From assembly GCA_043809315.1 (NCBI GenBank), contig JAZDDX010000026.1, positions 10,792-74,791 on the forward strand: DNA of 64,000 nucleotides, written 5' to 3'. The DNA comes from Pseudomonadota bacterium (lineage in GTDB: Bacteria; Bdellovibrionota_G; JALEGL01; DATDPG01). Numbering within the stretch: the stretch's first letter is position 1; the number at the start of each line of letters is the position of its first letter. Below, in pieces: positions 17,101 to 25,822 of this stretch. Under the pieces are notes generated by a model. The model worked only from the letters and a program-made list of their open reading frames with translations. It was not told where the DNA came from and did not search any database. The translations under genes were made by a program, and so were the position numbers.

Positions 17101-17129
17101 ATTGTAAGCCGCTCAGAAAATTAATGCAA
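17101..17129 (-). promoter_or_regulatory. Putative promoter for the 16596..17093 cassette (leaderless geometry)
   Basis: Minus strand reads TTGCAT (17129-17124), 17 nt spacer, TACAAT (17106-17101), then 7 nt to ATG 17093. It lies within an AT-rich spacer. Confidence 0.5.
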
Positions 17130-17213
17130 ATGCACTATTAACTATTTATATATAAACAATTAAACTAACTTGTTCGCTTGTCCCCCCTAGACCTCGATCT
17201 CACCCCTCCCGGT

Positions 17214-17242
17214 TTGACTTGAGCCCCCCTCCCGTAGATCAT
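17214..17242 (+). promoter_or_regulatory. Putative promoter for tmk (leaderless geometry)
   Basis: TTGACT (17214-17219), 17 nt spacer, GATCAT (17237-17242), then 8 nt (T + C7) to GTG 17251. Confidence 0.35.
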
Positions 17243-17250
17243 TCCCCCCC

Positions 17251-17898
17251 GTGCGGGCCAAGTTCGTCACATTCGAGGGGATCGAGGGGTCGGGAAAGAG
17301 CACCCAAGTCCGGGCCCTGGAAGCCCATTACAGCGGCAAGGGTCTTCGAGTCCTCACCACTCGCGAGCCGGGTGGAACCGTCCTTGGGAACGAAATCCGC
17401 CCCCTCCTCGTCCGCAGCCGAACCGAACCCCTCGATGCCGCAGCCGAACTGTTCCTCCTCGAAGCCGCCCGCGCCCAACTCGTGGCCCGAATCCTGACCC
17501 AAGCGTTCGAAACGCATGACCTTGTCTTGTGCGACCGCTACGCCGACGCTTCGCTTGCGTATCAAGGAGGCGGCCGCGGCCTGGATCTCGCCTTTGTTAC
17601 GCAAGCCAATCATTACGCCACCCACGGTTTCGTCCCCGACTTGACCGTCCTCCTCGACATGACCCCCGAGGTTTCTCTCGAACGCGCCTTGAAGCGGATC
17701 GCCCGGAGCACGGGGGCCGCCGAGGACCGGTTCGAAAAAGAAGAGATTGCATTCCACCAACGGGTCCGCACCACCTATCTCGATCTCGCCAAGAAGGAAC
17801 CCGCCCGTTTCCTCGTCGTCGACGCCGCCCTTCCCCCGAAAGAGATCGAGGGCAAATTGACCGTCCGGATCGACACGCTGTTAAAAGAAAGCAAATGA
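17251..17898 (+). CDS. tmk: Thymidylate kinase
   Basis: 215 aa. It has FVTFEGIEGSGKSTQ (P-loop), the DRY motif (CDRYADASLAYQG) and a LID region. Confidence 0.95.
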   Translation: MRAKFVTFEGIEGSGKSTQVRALEAHYSGKGLRVLTTREPGGTVLGNEIRPLLVRSRTEPLDAAAELFLLEAARAQLVARILTQAFETHDLVLCDRYADASLAYQGGGRGLDLAFVTQANHYATHGFVPDLTVLLDMTPEVSLERALKRIARSTGAAEDRFEKEEIAFHQRVRTTYLDLAKKEPARFLVVDAALPPKEIEGKLTVRIDTLLKESK

Positions 17899-18686
17899 AC
17901 GACGTCGTGCGAAAGCTCGCCTCCCTGAATCGTCGGGGGAAACTTCCGCACGGAATTCTTTTCATCGGAAGCGATCCTGAAATTACGAAGAACCACCTCC
18001 TCGACCTGGCCGCTTCTTTGTTCTGTGCCAACGAAGGATGCGGCGATTGCCTTTCCTGCCGCAAACTCCGCGGCGGAAACCACCCCGATTTCCTTTCCGT
18101 CCGAGCCGAGGGGAAGGAGATCAAGATCGAACAGGTGCGCGATTTCCAGCGTTGGATCAACCTCGGCCCCCATGAAGCGGAGACCAAGATCGGCGCGATC
18201 GAGGAAGCCGATCTTCTCAACGCCTCGTCATCGAATGCGCTCTTAAAGACGCTCGAAGAACCGCCGTCCCACGCCGTTATCATCCTGACCGTGCGATCGT
18301 TCGGAAACATTCTCCCGACCGTCCGCTCCCGCCTGATGCCGGTCCGATTCCCCTCTCCGTCCGATGACTCGAGGTTCGAGACAAATCGCCCGGGGTGGGG
18401 GAACGACCTCGAGGAACTGCTGGCCCAAGACCAGAAAGTGGCTCCCGATCAAATGTTCGAGTTGACCGACCGGATCGCCAAGGACAAGGAGAACCTCCCT
18501 TGGTTCTTTTGGGTCACCCAAAAGACGCTCCGGGATCGGATGATCGAGGCGCGCGAACGAGGTGCCGAGTCCCGCCGTCTTGAAACAATCTTCGATCTCT
18601 CCGCTGCGGCCGAACGGGACGTCCTCCGTCGGTACGGGAACGTGGCTCTCGCCCTCGACCGCTTCCTTTCGGAATGGCTCCTGTGA
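17895..18686 (+). CDS. holB: DNA polymerase III delta-prime subunit
   Basis: Track ORF 17529..18686 trimmed to ATG 17895 (ATGA overlap with the tmk stop). Motifs: PHGILFIGSD, zinc-module Cys residues CGDCLSCRKL, GNHPDFLSV, LLKTLEEPP. Confidence 0.85.
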   Translation: MNDVVRKLASLNRRGKLPHGILFIGSDPEITKNHLLDLAASLFCANEGCGDCLSCRKLRGGNHPDFLSVRAEGKEIKIEQVRDFQRWINLGPHEAETKIGAIEEADLLNASSSNALLKTLEEPPSHAVIILTVRSFGNILPTVRSRLMPVRFPSPSDDSRFETNRPGWGNDLEELLAQDQKVAPDQMFELTDRIAKDKENLPWFFWVTQKTLRDRMIEARERGAESRRLETIFDLSAAAERDVLRRYGNVALALDRFLSEWLL

Positions 18687-19510
18687 CCGTACCGTTGTTG
18701 ACCGATTCGCACGCCCATCTCGACCGGAATGTGTACGACACCGACCGGGAGGAGGTGTTGTTCCGGGCCCGCGAGGCCGGCGTAGGAACGATCGTCAACA
18801 TCGGCCTCGGGCCCGCCCCGGCCGACTTCGAACGCGCCCATCAGTTCACGATCACACACGAGGGGATCTTTCTCGCCGTCGGCGTCCACCCACACGACGT
18901 GAAAGGGATGACGGGCGAAACGATGGCGATCCTCCGCGATTATCTCGCGCGGGACCGCGTCGTCGCGGTCGGGGAGATCGGACTCGACTACCATTACGAT
19001 CACTCGCCGCGCGAAGTTCAGCGACGATGGTTCCGGGAGATGGTCGAGCTTGCGCTCGAGATGAACTTCCCCGTGATCATTCATTCCCGCGAAGCGGTGG
19101 AAGACACGTATTCCATCCTAAAAGAGGCTGATGCTTTCCGCCGCGTCGGGGGCGTCCTGCATTGCTTCGGCGGGAACGCGGAAGAAGCCGCCCGCTTCGT
19201 CGAGCTGGGGGCTCACATCGGGTTCGCAGGGATTGTGACGTTCAAGAAGGGGCACAACGTCCGCGGGGCGGCGAAGGAGGTCCCGATCGACCGGATTCTG
19301 ATCGAGACCGACGCTCCCTTTCTCGCCCCCGAACCGTTCCGGGGAAAAAGGAACGAGCCGGCGTTTGTCCGCCGCGTGGCGGAGGTTCTCGCGGAAATTC
19401 GCGGATTGTTGTTTGAGGAAACGGTACGGGTGACTACGGCGAACTCGGCTCGGCTGTTTCGATTTCCACCGGCGTCTCTTCCGCCTCCGGGGGTGCGTCC
19501 TCGTACGTGA
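18674..19510 (+). CDS. tatD: TatD-family metal-dependent hydrolase
   Basis: 278 aa. Motifs: LTDSHAHLD, GEIGLDYHY, VIIHSREA, VLHCFGG, IETDAPFLAP. It overlaps the holB end by 13 nt. Confidence 0.9.
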   Translation: MAPVTVPLLTDSHAHLDRNVYDTDREEVLFRAREAGVGTIVNIGLGPAPADFERAHQFTITHEGIFLAVGVHPHDVKGMTGETMAILRDYLARDRVVAVGEIGLDYHYDHSPREVQRRWFREMVELALEMNFPVIIHSREAVEDTYSILKEADAFRRVGGVLHCFGGNAEEAARFVELGAHIGFAGIVTFKKGHNVRGAAKEVPIDRILIETDAPFLAPEPFRGKRNEPAFVRRVAEVLAEIRGLLFEETVRVTTANSARLFRFPPASLPPPGVRPRT

Positions 19511-19697
19511 CCGGAGGCTCGTCCGGGATGGGGGTCGGTGTTGCGACAACCACGCGCGCGAAGGTTCTCGTTTTCTTCCCCTCGATGAGGGTCGGAGAGA
19601 TGGGAACGGCGATCCGGATCTCGTGTTCCCGGTAGTCGCTGGACGGACAAGCGGAGATCAGGAGAAGGAGCGCGGCGCTGACAAGGAGGGTTTTCAA
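19434..19697 (-). CDS. Small lipoprotein (87 aa)
   Basis: Track ORF 19434..19874 trimmed to TTG 19697, 1 nt after the stop of the upstream gene. N-terminus is (M)KTLLVSAALLLLISAC, a lipobox. The Pro/Glu-rich tail overlaps the tatD 3' end by 77 nt. Confidence 0.5.
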   Translation of the reverse strand: MKTLLVSAALLLLISACPSSDYREHEIRIAVPISPTLIEGKKTRTFARVVVATPTPIPDEPPVTYEDAPPEAEETPVEIETAEPSSP

Positions 19698-19698
19698 G

Positions 19699-20928
19699 TT
19701 AGAGCGTCCGGACCCTGGCGTCCCGGAATCGGGCGAGGGAGTTCCAGACCCCGACCCCCAGCCCCGGGAGGAATCCGCCTTCGGGGGATGAATGCCGAAT
19801 CTCGGCGCGGTGCGTTTTCCAGATCGACACGTCATCAAGAAACCCTTCCACCGCGTCCCGACCGACTTCCACATCGATCTGATACCACCGATTCTTCTCG
19901 ATACCGCTGTCCCGGGACGTTCCGGGGATCCCGACCAGTTCCGACCGTCGGTTGCCCCATCCTCCGATCACCCATGCGAGCGATCGCTTGTCGCACGGGA
20001 ACAAGATAACGAATCCGTCGGGTCCTGCAATCTTCCTGGCATGGACGCGAAAACGGAACTCGCCGGGCCCCGCCGCCGGCTGAACGGCGCAGGCCCCCCA
20101 GGGCCGGAGCACCATCTCACCGTCCGACACGTACACATGCCCCTTGGTCTCCCACCCGTCGAGAGATGCCCCGCTGAACAGAACCTTCCACGACACCCCT
20201 TCCTGGTCGACCAGGAGCGATTCCTCCGTATCGAGGTCCTGCTCGAGCCATTCCAGCTCGTTCTTCGCCTCCACCTCGTGACTCAGCACGGGAGGAAGGA
20301 ACCCCGCCGAAGCCCCGGCCGCGCGCCCGAGGCCGAGGATCATGAGAATCGCGCACGAGAGCCCCGAAACGACGGACGCCACCGCGATCACGCGCCAGAA
20401 CCCGCGACCGAACGGAGGGAAACCCCGTACGTACCCGGGGACAACGAACCCCACCTTCAGGACTCCGAACGGCGTAACGTCGCCGACGGCCCGGGTCGGA
20501 ACGAACGTCGCCGAAACGACATGGAGGTATTCCCCCGCGAACCCGGCCCCCGGACGAATCATCCGCTCCAGGACCTTTTCCGATCCCGATCTTTCGACCG
20601 CTTCCTCGACCGGGCTATTGCTGTTCCGGAGTGCGTTGGAATTCGTGATCCCGTGCCGGTACCCGTTTCGGTAATCGGCGACAACGACGTATCCGACATT
20701 CGGTTGCTGCGCGATGAAGTTCCGGTAGACCTCGTCGTCTGCAGGCTGGCTTGCCGTGAGGGCAGGAGCGACCGTCCGAGCGAGACGTGCCACGGACGTT
20801 TCGGCGTTCATCAGGAACATCTTCAGCCAGACCCAGTGCCCGATCACGAGAAAGAGGGCGATCGCGACGAGCAGACCGACCGCGAAAGGGAAATTCGAAG
20901 TCGGCCGTTCCGAATCCTGTTCCCACAT
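19699..20928 (-). CDS. Membrane-anchored protein with C-terminal DUF1080 (LamG/concanavalin-like) domain
   Basis: 409 aa with an N-terminal TM span (FAVGLLVAIALFLVIGHWVW) and a second TM span mid-protein. The C-terminus WKVLFSGASLDGWETKGHVYVSDGEMVLRP...WYQIDVEV...ARFRDARV matches the DUF1080 pattern. Confidence 0.65.
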   Translation of the reverse strand: MWEQDSERPTSNFPFAVGLLVAIALFLVIGHWVWLKMFLMNAETSVARLARTVAPALTASQPADDEVYRNFIAQQPNVGYVVVADYRNGYRHGITNSNALRNSNSPVEEAVERSGSEKVLERMIRPGAGFAGEYLHVVSATFVPTRAVGDVTPFGVLKVGFVVPGYVRGFPPFGRGFWRVIAVASVVSGLSCAILMILGLGRAAGASAGFLPPVLSHEVEAKNELEWLEQDLDTEESLLVDQEGVSWKVLFSGASLDGWETKGHVYVSDGEMVLRPWGACAVQPAAGPGEFRFRVHARKIAGPDGFVILFPCDKRSLAWVIGGWGNRRSELVGIPGTSRDSGIEKNRWYQIDVEVGRDAVEGFLDDVSIWKTHRAEIRHSSPEGGFLPGLGVGVWNSLARFRDARVRTL

Positions 20929-20933
20929 GACGT

Positions 20934-21326
20934 TTAGTCGACTTCCCCGGGTTTCGCGTTGGCGATCATCCGTTCGATCGCGGCGATCATCGCGGCGTCC
21001 GGTTTCACGAAGCGAATCCCGGCGCCGTAGATCTGTTTGTCCGGCTCGGACGGATGACTCATGGCGATGAGACGAACCACCTCACCCTTGAGAGTGAACT
21101 CCCCTTTCTGGTCGGGGTACTCAAGGGTCAGATCGATCGTCGCGTTCGGATCGAGCGGACGGTCGGTCTTCACGAAGATTCCGCCGACGCTGATGTTCCG
21201 GGTGTACTCCTGGATCAGCTCCGCCATGTTTCGGAAGGTAACCTTGATTCTCGCCTCGATTCGCGGGTACTTCCTCCGCTCCCGCTTCGGCGGCGTTCCC
21301 TCGATTTTCAACGGTGGAATAGCCAC
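20934..21326 (-). CDS. Stand-alone PilZ-domain protein
   Basis: 130 aa with a GTG start. It has RRKYPR (RxxxR) and NISVGG (D/NxSxxG), the c-di-GMP-binding PilZ motifs. Confidence 0.85.
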   Translation of the reverse strand: MAIPPLKIEGTPPKRERRKYPRIEARIKVTFRNMAELIQEYTRNISVGGIFVKTDRPLDPNATIDLTLEYPDQKGEFTLKGEVVRLIAMSHPSEPDKQIYGAGIRFVKPDAAMIAAIERMIANAKPGEVD

Positions 21327-21340
21327 GGCTTCTGGATGTC

Positions 21341-21358
21341 ATCCTAACATGTTAGGAT
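21341..21358. promoter_or_regulatory. Perfect 18-bp palindrome (candidate operator) in a 48-bp divergent spacer
   Basis: ATCCTAACA|TGTTAGGAT is an exact inverted repeat. It is AT-rich in a GC-rich genome and is followed by CTTTTTTG. It lies between the PilZ start (21326) and the start of 21375..22745. Confidence 0.4.
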
Positions 21359-21374
21359 CTTTTTTGCGGCAAAG

Positions 21375-22745
21375 ATGCGTGCCACCCCAAACCCCTTTTC
21401 TTTCCCTCGTTTGGCGCCGGCTCTTTTGATCCTCGCAACCTTCGTAGCTGCAGCCGCTCCGACGCCCGAGGAACTCTCCCAAAAACTTTCCGCCGCGTTT
21501 CAAGCAGGGGCCGGAGTCAAGGCCGCGAAATCATCGGTCACCGAGAAGAACATCGCCGGATTCCGGCTCCGGACGGTGGGATTCGAGATCGGAAACCGCG
21601 TCTACCGTGTCGTCTTTTCTTCCGACGGAAGTCTGACCGTTTCGGTCCTGGCGGAGGGGGAGATCGCCGCCACGAAGATCTGGGAGGGGCGTACCGACCG
21701 GATCTCGGTCGAGGAGATCGTGAACCTCATCTACGTGCGCGAGAGGGGGCGGAAGTTCGACGCAGGAGAGCCGAGGCGGGAAAAGGATCCGACCGCTGAT
21801 CTGGAAAAGCGTGCGGTCCGAAGGGAAGTGTCTCCGTTCGGCAGCGGGGAAGAACTCCGTTGGTCTCAAATGATCGATCAGATGGCGAAAGGAGGGGCTT
21901 CCCCGATCTCGACCAAGAGCGGCGGCGGAACCGGCGATTTTGATCGGGCCCGGTCGATGGGAAGGGCGATGGATCCTTGCGGGGAAGGTTCCGGCGGCAT
22001 GAGCCCCCAGCGCGCCGCGATCAGCGACATCGCCACGGCGATGGCCGCGGCGATGGCGGCACAGATGATGGTCCGGGGCGCCCGCAAAGGGCCGGCTCGA
22101 GCCGAGGCCGGTTTTTCCGACCGCTCCCGCGAGTTCGAGAAAAAAGGCTCCTCCTCCGTCTTGGAGGATCTGGAGAAATCCCGCGGCGCGAACTCTCCCG
22201 CCGAAATGATCCGCCTCATCCAAGACACCGGCAGCAACACCACCGAACTGTTCAAGAGGGCGTTGGCGGAATCGGACCAGAACTCCCGGGATCCGTACTC
22301 GCTCGCCGCCAGCCGCAATTTCCGTCGCGTGATCGCAAGCCTCGGTGAAAAACGGGCCTCGGCGCTCGTGGCGGAAGTTCTGAAGGCGATCGCCGTCGAC
22401 GTCACCGCGTTCACGGATCGCCGCGTTTTGACCCCCGATGCCGCGGTGATCTTCGACCGCCGTTCGGGTCACTATTTTATCGATCCCACGCTCAACTCCC
22501 CCTCCGAAGCCCGCTTTCTTCTTTCCCTCGCGACCTGGTACGCCTCCGAGATGGAGCGGTTCGGATTGATCGAAGCGGTAGAACAGTACAAGGAAGCGTT
22601 GAAAAAGATTTCGGAACTCGAGCGTGTTATGATCAGTGAGAGCGACGAGCGTGCTCTTCAAAAAGAGAGAGCCGCGACCGCCTCCGCGGCCCGCAAACTG
22701 GGTGAGTTCGCTGAACGCCTGAGGAAAGATGCCGCGCGCCCGTAA
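21375..22745 (+). CDS. Hypothetical secreted protein
   Basis: 456-aa ORF with a signal-like N-terminus (LAPALLILATFVAAAAP). No recognisable domain. Confidence 0.6.
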   Translation: MRATPNPFSFPRLAPALLILATFVAAAAPTPEELSQKLSAAFQAGAGVKAAKSSVTEKNIAGFRLRTVGFEIGNRVYRVVFSSDGSLTVSVLAEGEIAATKIWEGRTDRISVEEIVNLIYVRERGRKFDAGEPRREKDPTADLEKRAVRREVSPFGSGEELRWSQMIDQMAKGGASPISTKSGGGTGDFDRARSMGRAMDPCGEGSGGMSPQRAAISDIATAMAAAMAAQMMVRGARKGPARAEAGFSDRSREFEKKGSSSVLEDLEKSRGANSPAEMIRLIQDTGSNTTELFKRALAESDQNSRDPYSLAASRNFRRVIASLGEKRASALVAEVLKAIAVDVTAFTDRRVLTPDAAVIFDRRSGHYFIDPTLNSPSEARFLLSLATWYASEMERFGLIEAVEQYKEALKKISELERVMISESDERALQKERAATASAARKLGEFAERLRKDAARP

Positions 22746-23322
22746 TATTCTCGCCGGAATCGCTGTTACCGTATCGGTCTGGGGCCATGCCGTGGCTTCC
22801 GAAGGTTCCGACGCCGCCATCCAGGTCGTTCGCGGCCAAGCAACCGGTTGCGCCGGGTGTTATTTCTTCTCCTGGTCGATCGACGATCCGCTGATCCGCA
22901 AATATGATCTCGCGTTCGTCTCCACCCTCGACCGTGTTCCCTCCCCGGTTTGGGCGGTCGCACTTCCGAAAGGAGGGGATCCGATCCTCCTCGATGCCCT
23001 CCATCCGACCGGATGGAACCGGTTGATCGTCGTGGAACGTCCGTCCCTCAAGACCCACGACGACTTCGAGACGTACGCAAAAGGATTCGCCCGTTTGGCG
23101 GCCGGGAACTCCTCCTTCCTCTCCCAGCTTCTCCCCGCGGAACTGGCTCGGGTGAAAAAAAAGGCCGCCGGCGCAACTCTGACCTCCCTCGCGGTGGTCC
23201 GCGGAAAGGAACGGATCTCGGTCTCGTTCTACGTGCGGAGCGCCGACAGCACGATCGTCCTCTGGGATCTTCTGTTGGAACCGGACGGCGCGGTGATCAA
23301 GGCGGAGAGCCGTCGTTTTTAG
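22729..23322 (+). CDS. Hypothetical secreted protein
   Basis: 197-aa ORF with a signal-like N-terminus (ILAGIAVTVSVWGHAVA). It overlaps the previous gene by 17 nt. No recognisable domain. Confidence 0.55.
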   Translation: MPRARNILAGIAVTVSVWGHAVASEGSDAAIQVVRGQATGCAGCYFFSWSIDDPLIRKYDLAFVSTLDRVPSPVWAVALPKGGDPILLDALHPTGWNRLIVVERPSLKTHDDFETYAKGFARLAAGNSSFLSQLLPAELARVKKKAAGATLTSLAVVRGKERISVSFYVRSADSTIVLWDLLLEPDGAVIKAESRRF

Positions 23323-25747
23323 TTTTTCGTCTCCGGAACCACCCCACCCCAGCCGCAACCAGGGCCACCACGAACACCAACCCGCTGACGGCAGCCGCCC
23401 CATGTTCCACCCACGTCCGCCGGAACGTGAGCGTCGTCTCCCGCCGGTCGGCGAAGATCAGCTGATAGCAGGGGGTCGTGAAAAGGACCGGCGCTACGCC
23501 GGAGAACCACCTCGGGAAATAGCTCTGGTGAACCACGACCGGAACCGGCCGCTCGGGGTTGCGATCGAGCGTGACGCGCGTTTCGTTCCTTCCGATCTCG
23601 ACCGACCGAACCTCCGTATCTCCCGCCACCGGGATCCGTGCTTTTGTGACCGCATCCAGAATTCGTCCCATGGAGATCCGGTACTGATTCCGGAGCCGCG
23701 CAAACGTCTCCGCGAGCGGCCTCGAGCCCCCCCCCTCCGCTTCGTTCCGAGCACGCAACGTCCGTTCAGTATCGGGGGAACGATACGGACGAGCGAGAAC
23801 GATCACGCGCGTTGGGTCCCCTCGTTTCACCACGCAGGCAACCAGGGGATCCCCTTCGTTCAAGAGAAGCACCGGTTTCGTCCGGCTCCACCGGGCCAGA
23901 CGATCGCAGGCCGATTCGAGGTTCCGGTACCGATAGGCCGTCACGAGAACCCCGCCGAACGGTTCCGCATCGAACGTGCCGTCGATCCGGGATTCGGGGG
24001 CGAATACCAGGGGGGGATCGGAACGGTTCGTCAGAAACGTGAATTCGGCGAGGGAGAGAAAGTCGTACCCGCCGAACGATGCCCTCCGCTTCGGTTCCCA
24101 ATCGGCATAGACGAGCACCGGCTGAAACTCCGGGATGTGGCCATAAGGAGAGATCGCCGCTTGGTCTTCGAATACGGTCCATCTCTGTGTCGCGGCCACC
24201 TTCCGGTATCCCTTCGCCTTCCCCAACGCCTCGACCACGCTCCGTTTGTGAACGAAGATCCTCTTGAGGTTCAGGAGCCGGTTTCGTTTCCGTTGTTCCG
24301 GCCACGGCTGGTTCAAGAAATCTGGATCCGCCGCCAACTGAGAGTCGACCCCGAAGATCGACGGACGCGATTCGGAGTAAACGTTCCGCAACGGGTCGGC
24401 GAAGAACGCGGAGATCGACGCTTCCCGGTAGACCGTCGCGATCCCGTACCCCCCCTCGTTCCCGAGCAAGCCGTTCAGATACCAGGCCTCGTCGTAGAGT
24501 CCGTAATCGTCTTTCGTGTAATCCACCAACTCCACGGTGAACCGCCCTTCTGCCGGGCGATTCCCAAGCGGGAGCAGCTCGGAATAGTCCGCCGGGTCGA
24601 CGCGGGCGATTCGGACCGGCGGGTAGAACTCGTCCGGCTCTTGGGAGTACGGGTAGGCGAGAAACAACGCGAGAAGAAGGGCGAGAATCGAAAACCGGAG
24701 ATGCCGCGTCTTCGGAAGCGAAAGAAGGGTCGAGATCCCGAAAGCCAGGAGGGGGATCATCAGAAAGAACGCCGTGATCACGACCCGGTGAGATTGGAAC
24801 GGCGTCCCGGCGAAGACGATCGATGCCGTCGGCACGAGGAGAAGTGCGGCTGCGGCACCCCCTCCCGTCGCCAGCGCGAACGTCTGCCGCCGCCGAAACG
24901 CAAGGAAGATCGAGATCGCCCCGAGCACAATCCAGGTCAGATCCTCGAGACGGAATTCGGTTAAGAACGAGACGGGAAGCGGCTTGGTCGCGACCCAGGC
25001 GTACGTGTCGAGCATCGGGACATACCAGAACGCCGAGAGGGCGAGGCTCACGACACCGACCGCGAGATACGGCCGGAAACTCCGTTGGGTGACACTGAAG
25101 GCGGCGAACGTCAGGAGCAACGGCAACAACGTGTTGACGTTCGCCAGGAGAACGAGAGTCAGAAGCCCCGTGGAGATCCAGCGATCCCGCCTTCGGGTCG
25201 CGGCTCCCGGAAGAAAGAAGAAGAGAAGGAGCAGGAGCCAGAGCGCCAGAAGATGGGCATAGAGACCGATCCGAAACGTCCCGATCAGCGTGAGCCCCCA
25301 TCCCGAGAGGTTGTCGGTCCGGAGGAGCTGGAAGAGCGTCAGGATTCCCGCGATCAATGCCGGCTGTCGACCTCCGAGGTGGCGCCAGCACAGAAAATAA
25401 ATGAGCGTCGGGAGCGTGAACGACAGGAAGAGCCCGAGGAGTTTGATGTCGGTCGATACTGAAAACGGGAGGAGATGGTCGAGCGCCGCGACAAACCAGA
25501 AAAAGAGCGGGTGGTAAAAATTCGGGAACGGCATTCCGAGGTACCAGTGCGGGGTCCAGCCGAACACCGAAGGCCAGATCCCGCTGCTGTAATCGGTCGC
25601 CATCGCGAGATGGCTCGCGCCATCCCACCCCCCCAAAACGGGGGTCCGGATCAGATCGCGGAGGAGATCGTGCGCCAGCAGGATCAGAACCGCCCAGAGC
25701 AATCCCTGATCCAACAAAATCGCTTTCCATCGGGATCGGAGCGGCAT
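23297..25747 (-). CDS. Large polytopic membrane protein, GT-C-like (COG5617 / PTPS-related membrane protein type)
   Basis: Track ORF 23297..25948 trimmed to ATG 25747 (MPLRSRWKAILLDQGLLWAVLILL). More than 12 hydrophobic spans are followed by a ~400-aa soluble C-terminal region and a final TM span. The N-terminal GGWDGASHLAMATDYSSGIWPSVFGWTPHWYLGMPFPNFYHPLFFW resembles that family from memory only. Confidence 0.6.
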   Translation of the reverse strand: MPLRSRWKAILLDQGLLWAVLILLAHDLLRDLIRTPVLGGWDGASHLAMATDYSSGIWPSVFGWTPHWYLGMPFPNFYHPLFFWFVAALDHLLPFSVSTDIKLLGLFLSFTLPTLIYFLCWRHLGGRQPALIAGILTLFQLLRTDNLSGWGLTLIGTFRIGLYAHLLALWLLLLLFFFLPGAATRRRDRWISTGLLTLVLLANVNTLLPLLLTFAAFSVTQRSFRPYLAVGVVSLALSAFWYVPMLDTYAWVATKPLPVSFLTEFRLEDLTWIVLGAISIFLAFRRRQTFALATGGGAAAALLLVPTASIVFAGTPFQSHRVVITAFFLMIPLLAFGISTLLSLPKTRHLRFSILALLLALFLAYPYSQEPDEFYPPVRIARVDPADYSELLPLGNRPAEGRFTVELVDYTKDDYGLYDEAWYLNGLLGNEGGYGIATVYREASISAFFADPLRNVYSESRPSIFGVDSQLAADPDFLNQPWPEQRKRNRLLNLKRIFVHKRSVVEALGKAKGYRKVAATQRWTVFEDQAAISPYGHIPEFQPVLVYADWEPKRRASFGGYDFLSLAEFTFLTNRSDPPLVFAPESRIDGTFDAEPFGGVLVTAYRYRNLESACDRLARWSRTKPVLLLNEGDPLVACVVKRGDPTRVIVLARPYRSPDTERTLRARNEAEGGGSRPLAETFARLRNQYRISMGRILDAVTKARIPVAGDTEVRSVEIGRNETRVTLDRNPERPVPVVVHQSYFPRWFSGVAPVLFTTPCYQLIFADRRETTLTFRRTWVEHGAAAVSGLVFVVALVAAGVGWFRRRKTKNDGSPP

Positions 25748-25822
25748 CGGTCGGGACGGGAGCGTAAACGACGAAACGAACCTGTGGCAATCGCTCTTTT
25801 TCCGTCTAGGATTCCCTCCCGA

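Noticed and set aside
19434-19510. 77-nt convergent overlap between the tatD 3' end and the small lipoprotein gene as a sign of mis-assembly or antisense regulation
   Set aside because: Both frames are bounded by real stop codons. The overlap covers only low-complexity Pro-rich tails. The simplest reading is that one tail is non-essential, and there is no further evidence.
21341-21366. Palindrome plus T6 as an intrinsic terminator
   Set aside because: No + strand gene ends upstream of it. On the minus strand no U-tract follows. The stem would be AT-rich and weak. An operator role is more plausible.
23402-25790. ORFs 23402..24964 (+, 520 aa) and 23766..25790 (-, 674 aa)
   Set aside because: They lie antisense to or out of frame with the 816-aa polytopic membrane gene. 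The chosen frame gives clean hydrophobic helices. These frames give Arg/Pro-rich sequence.
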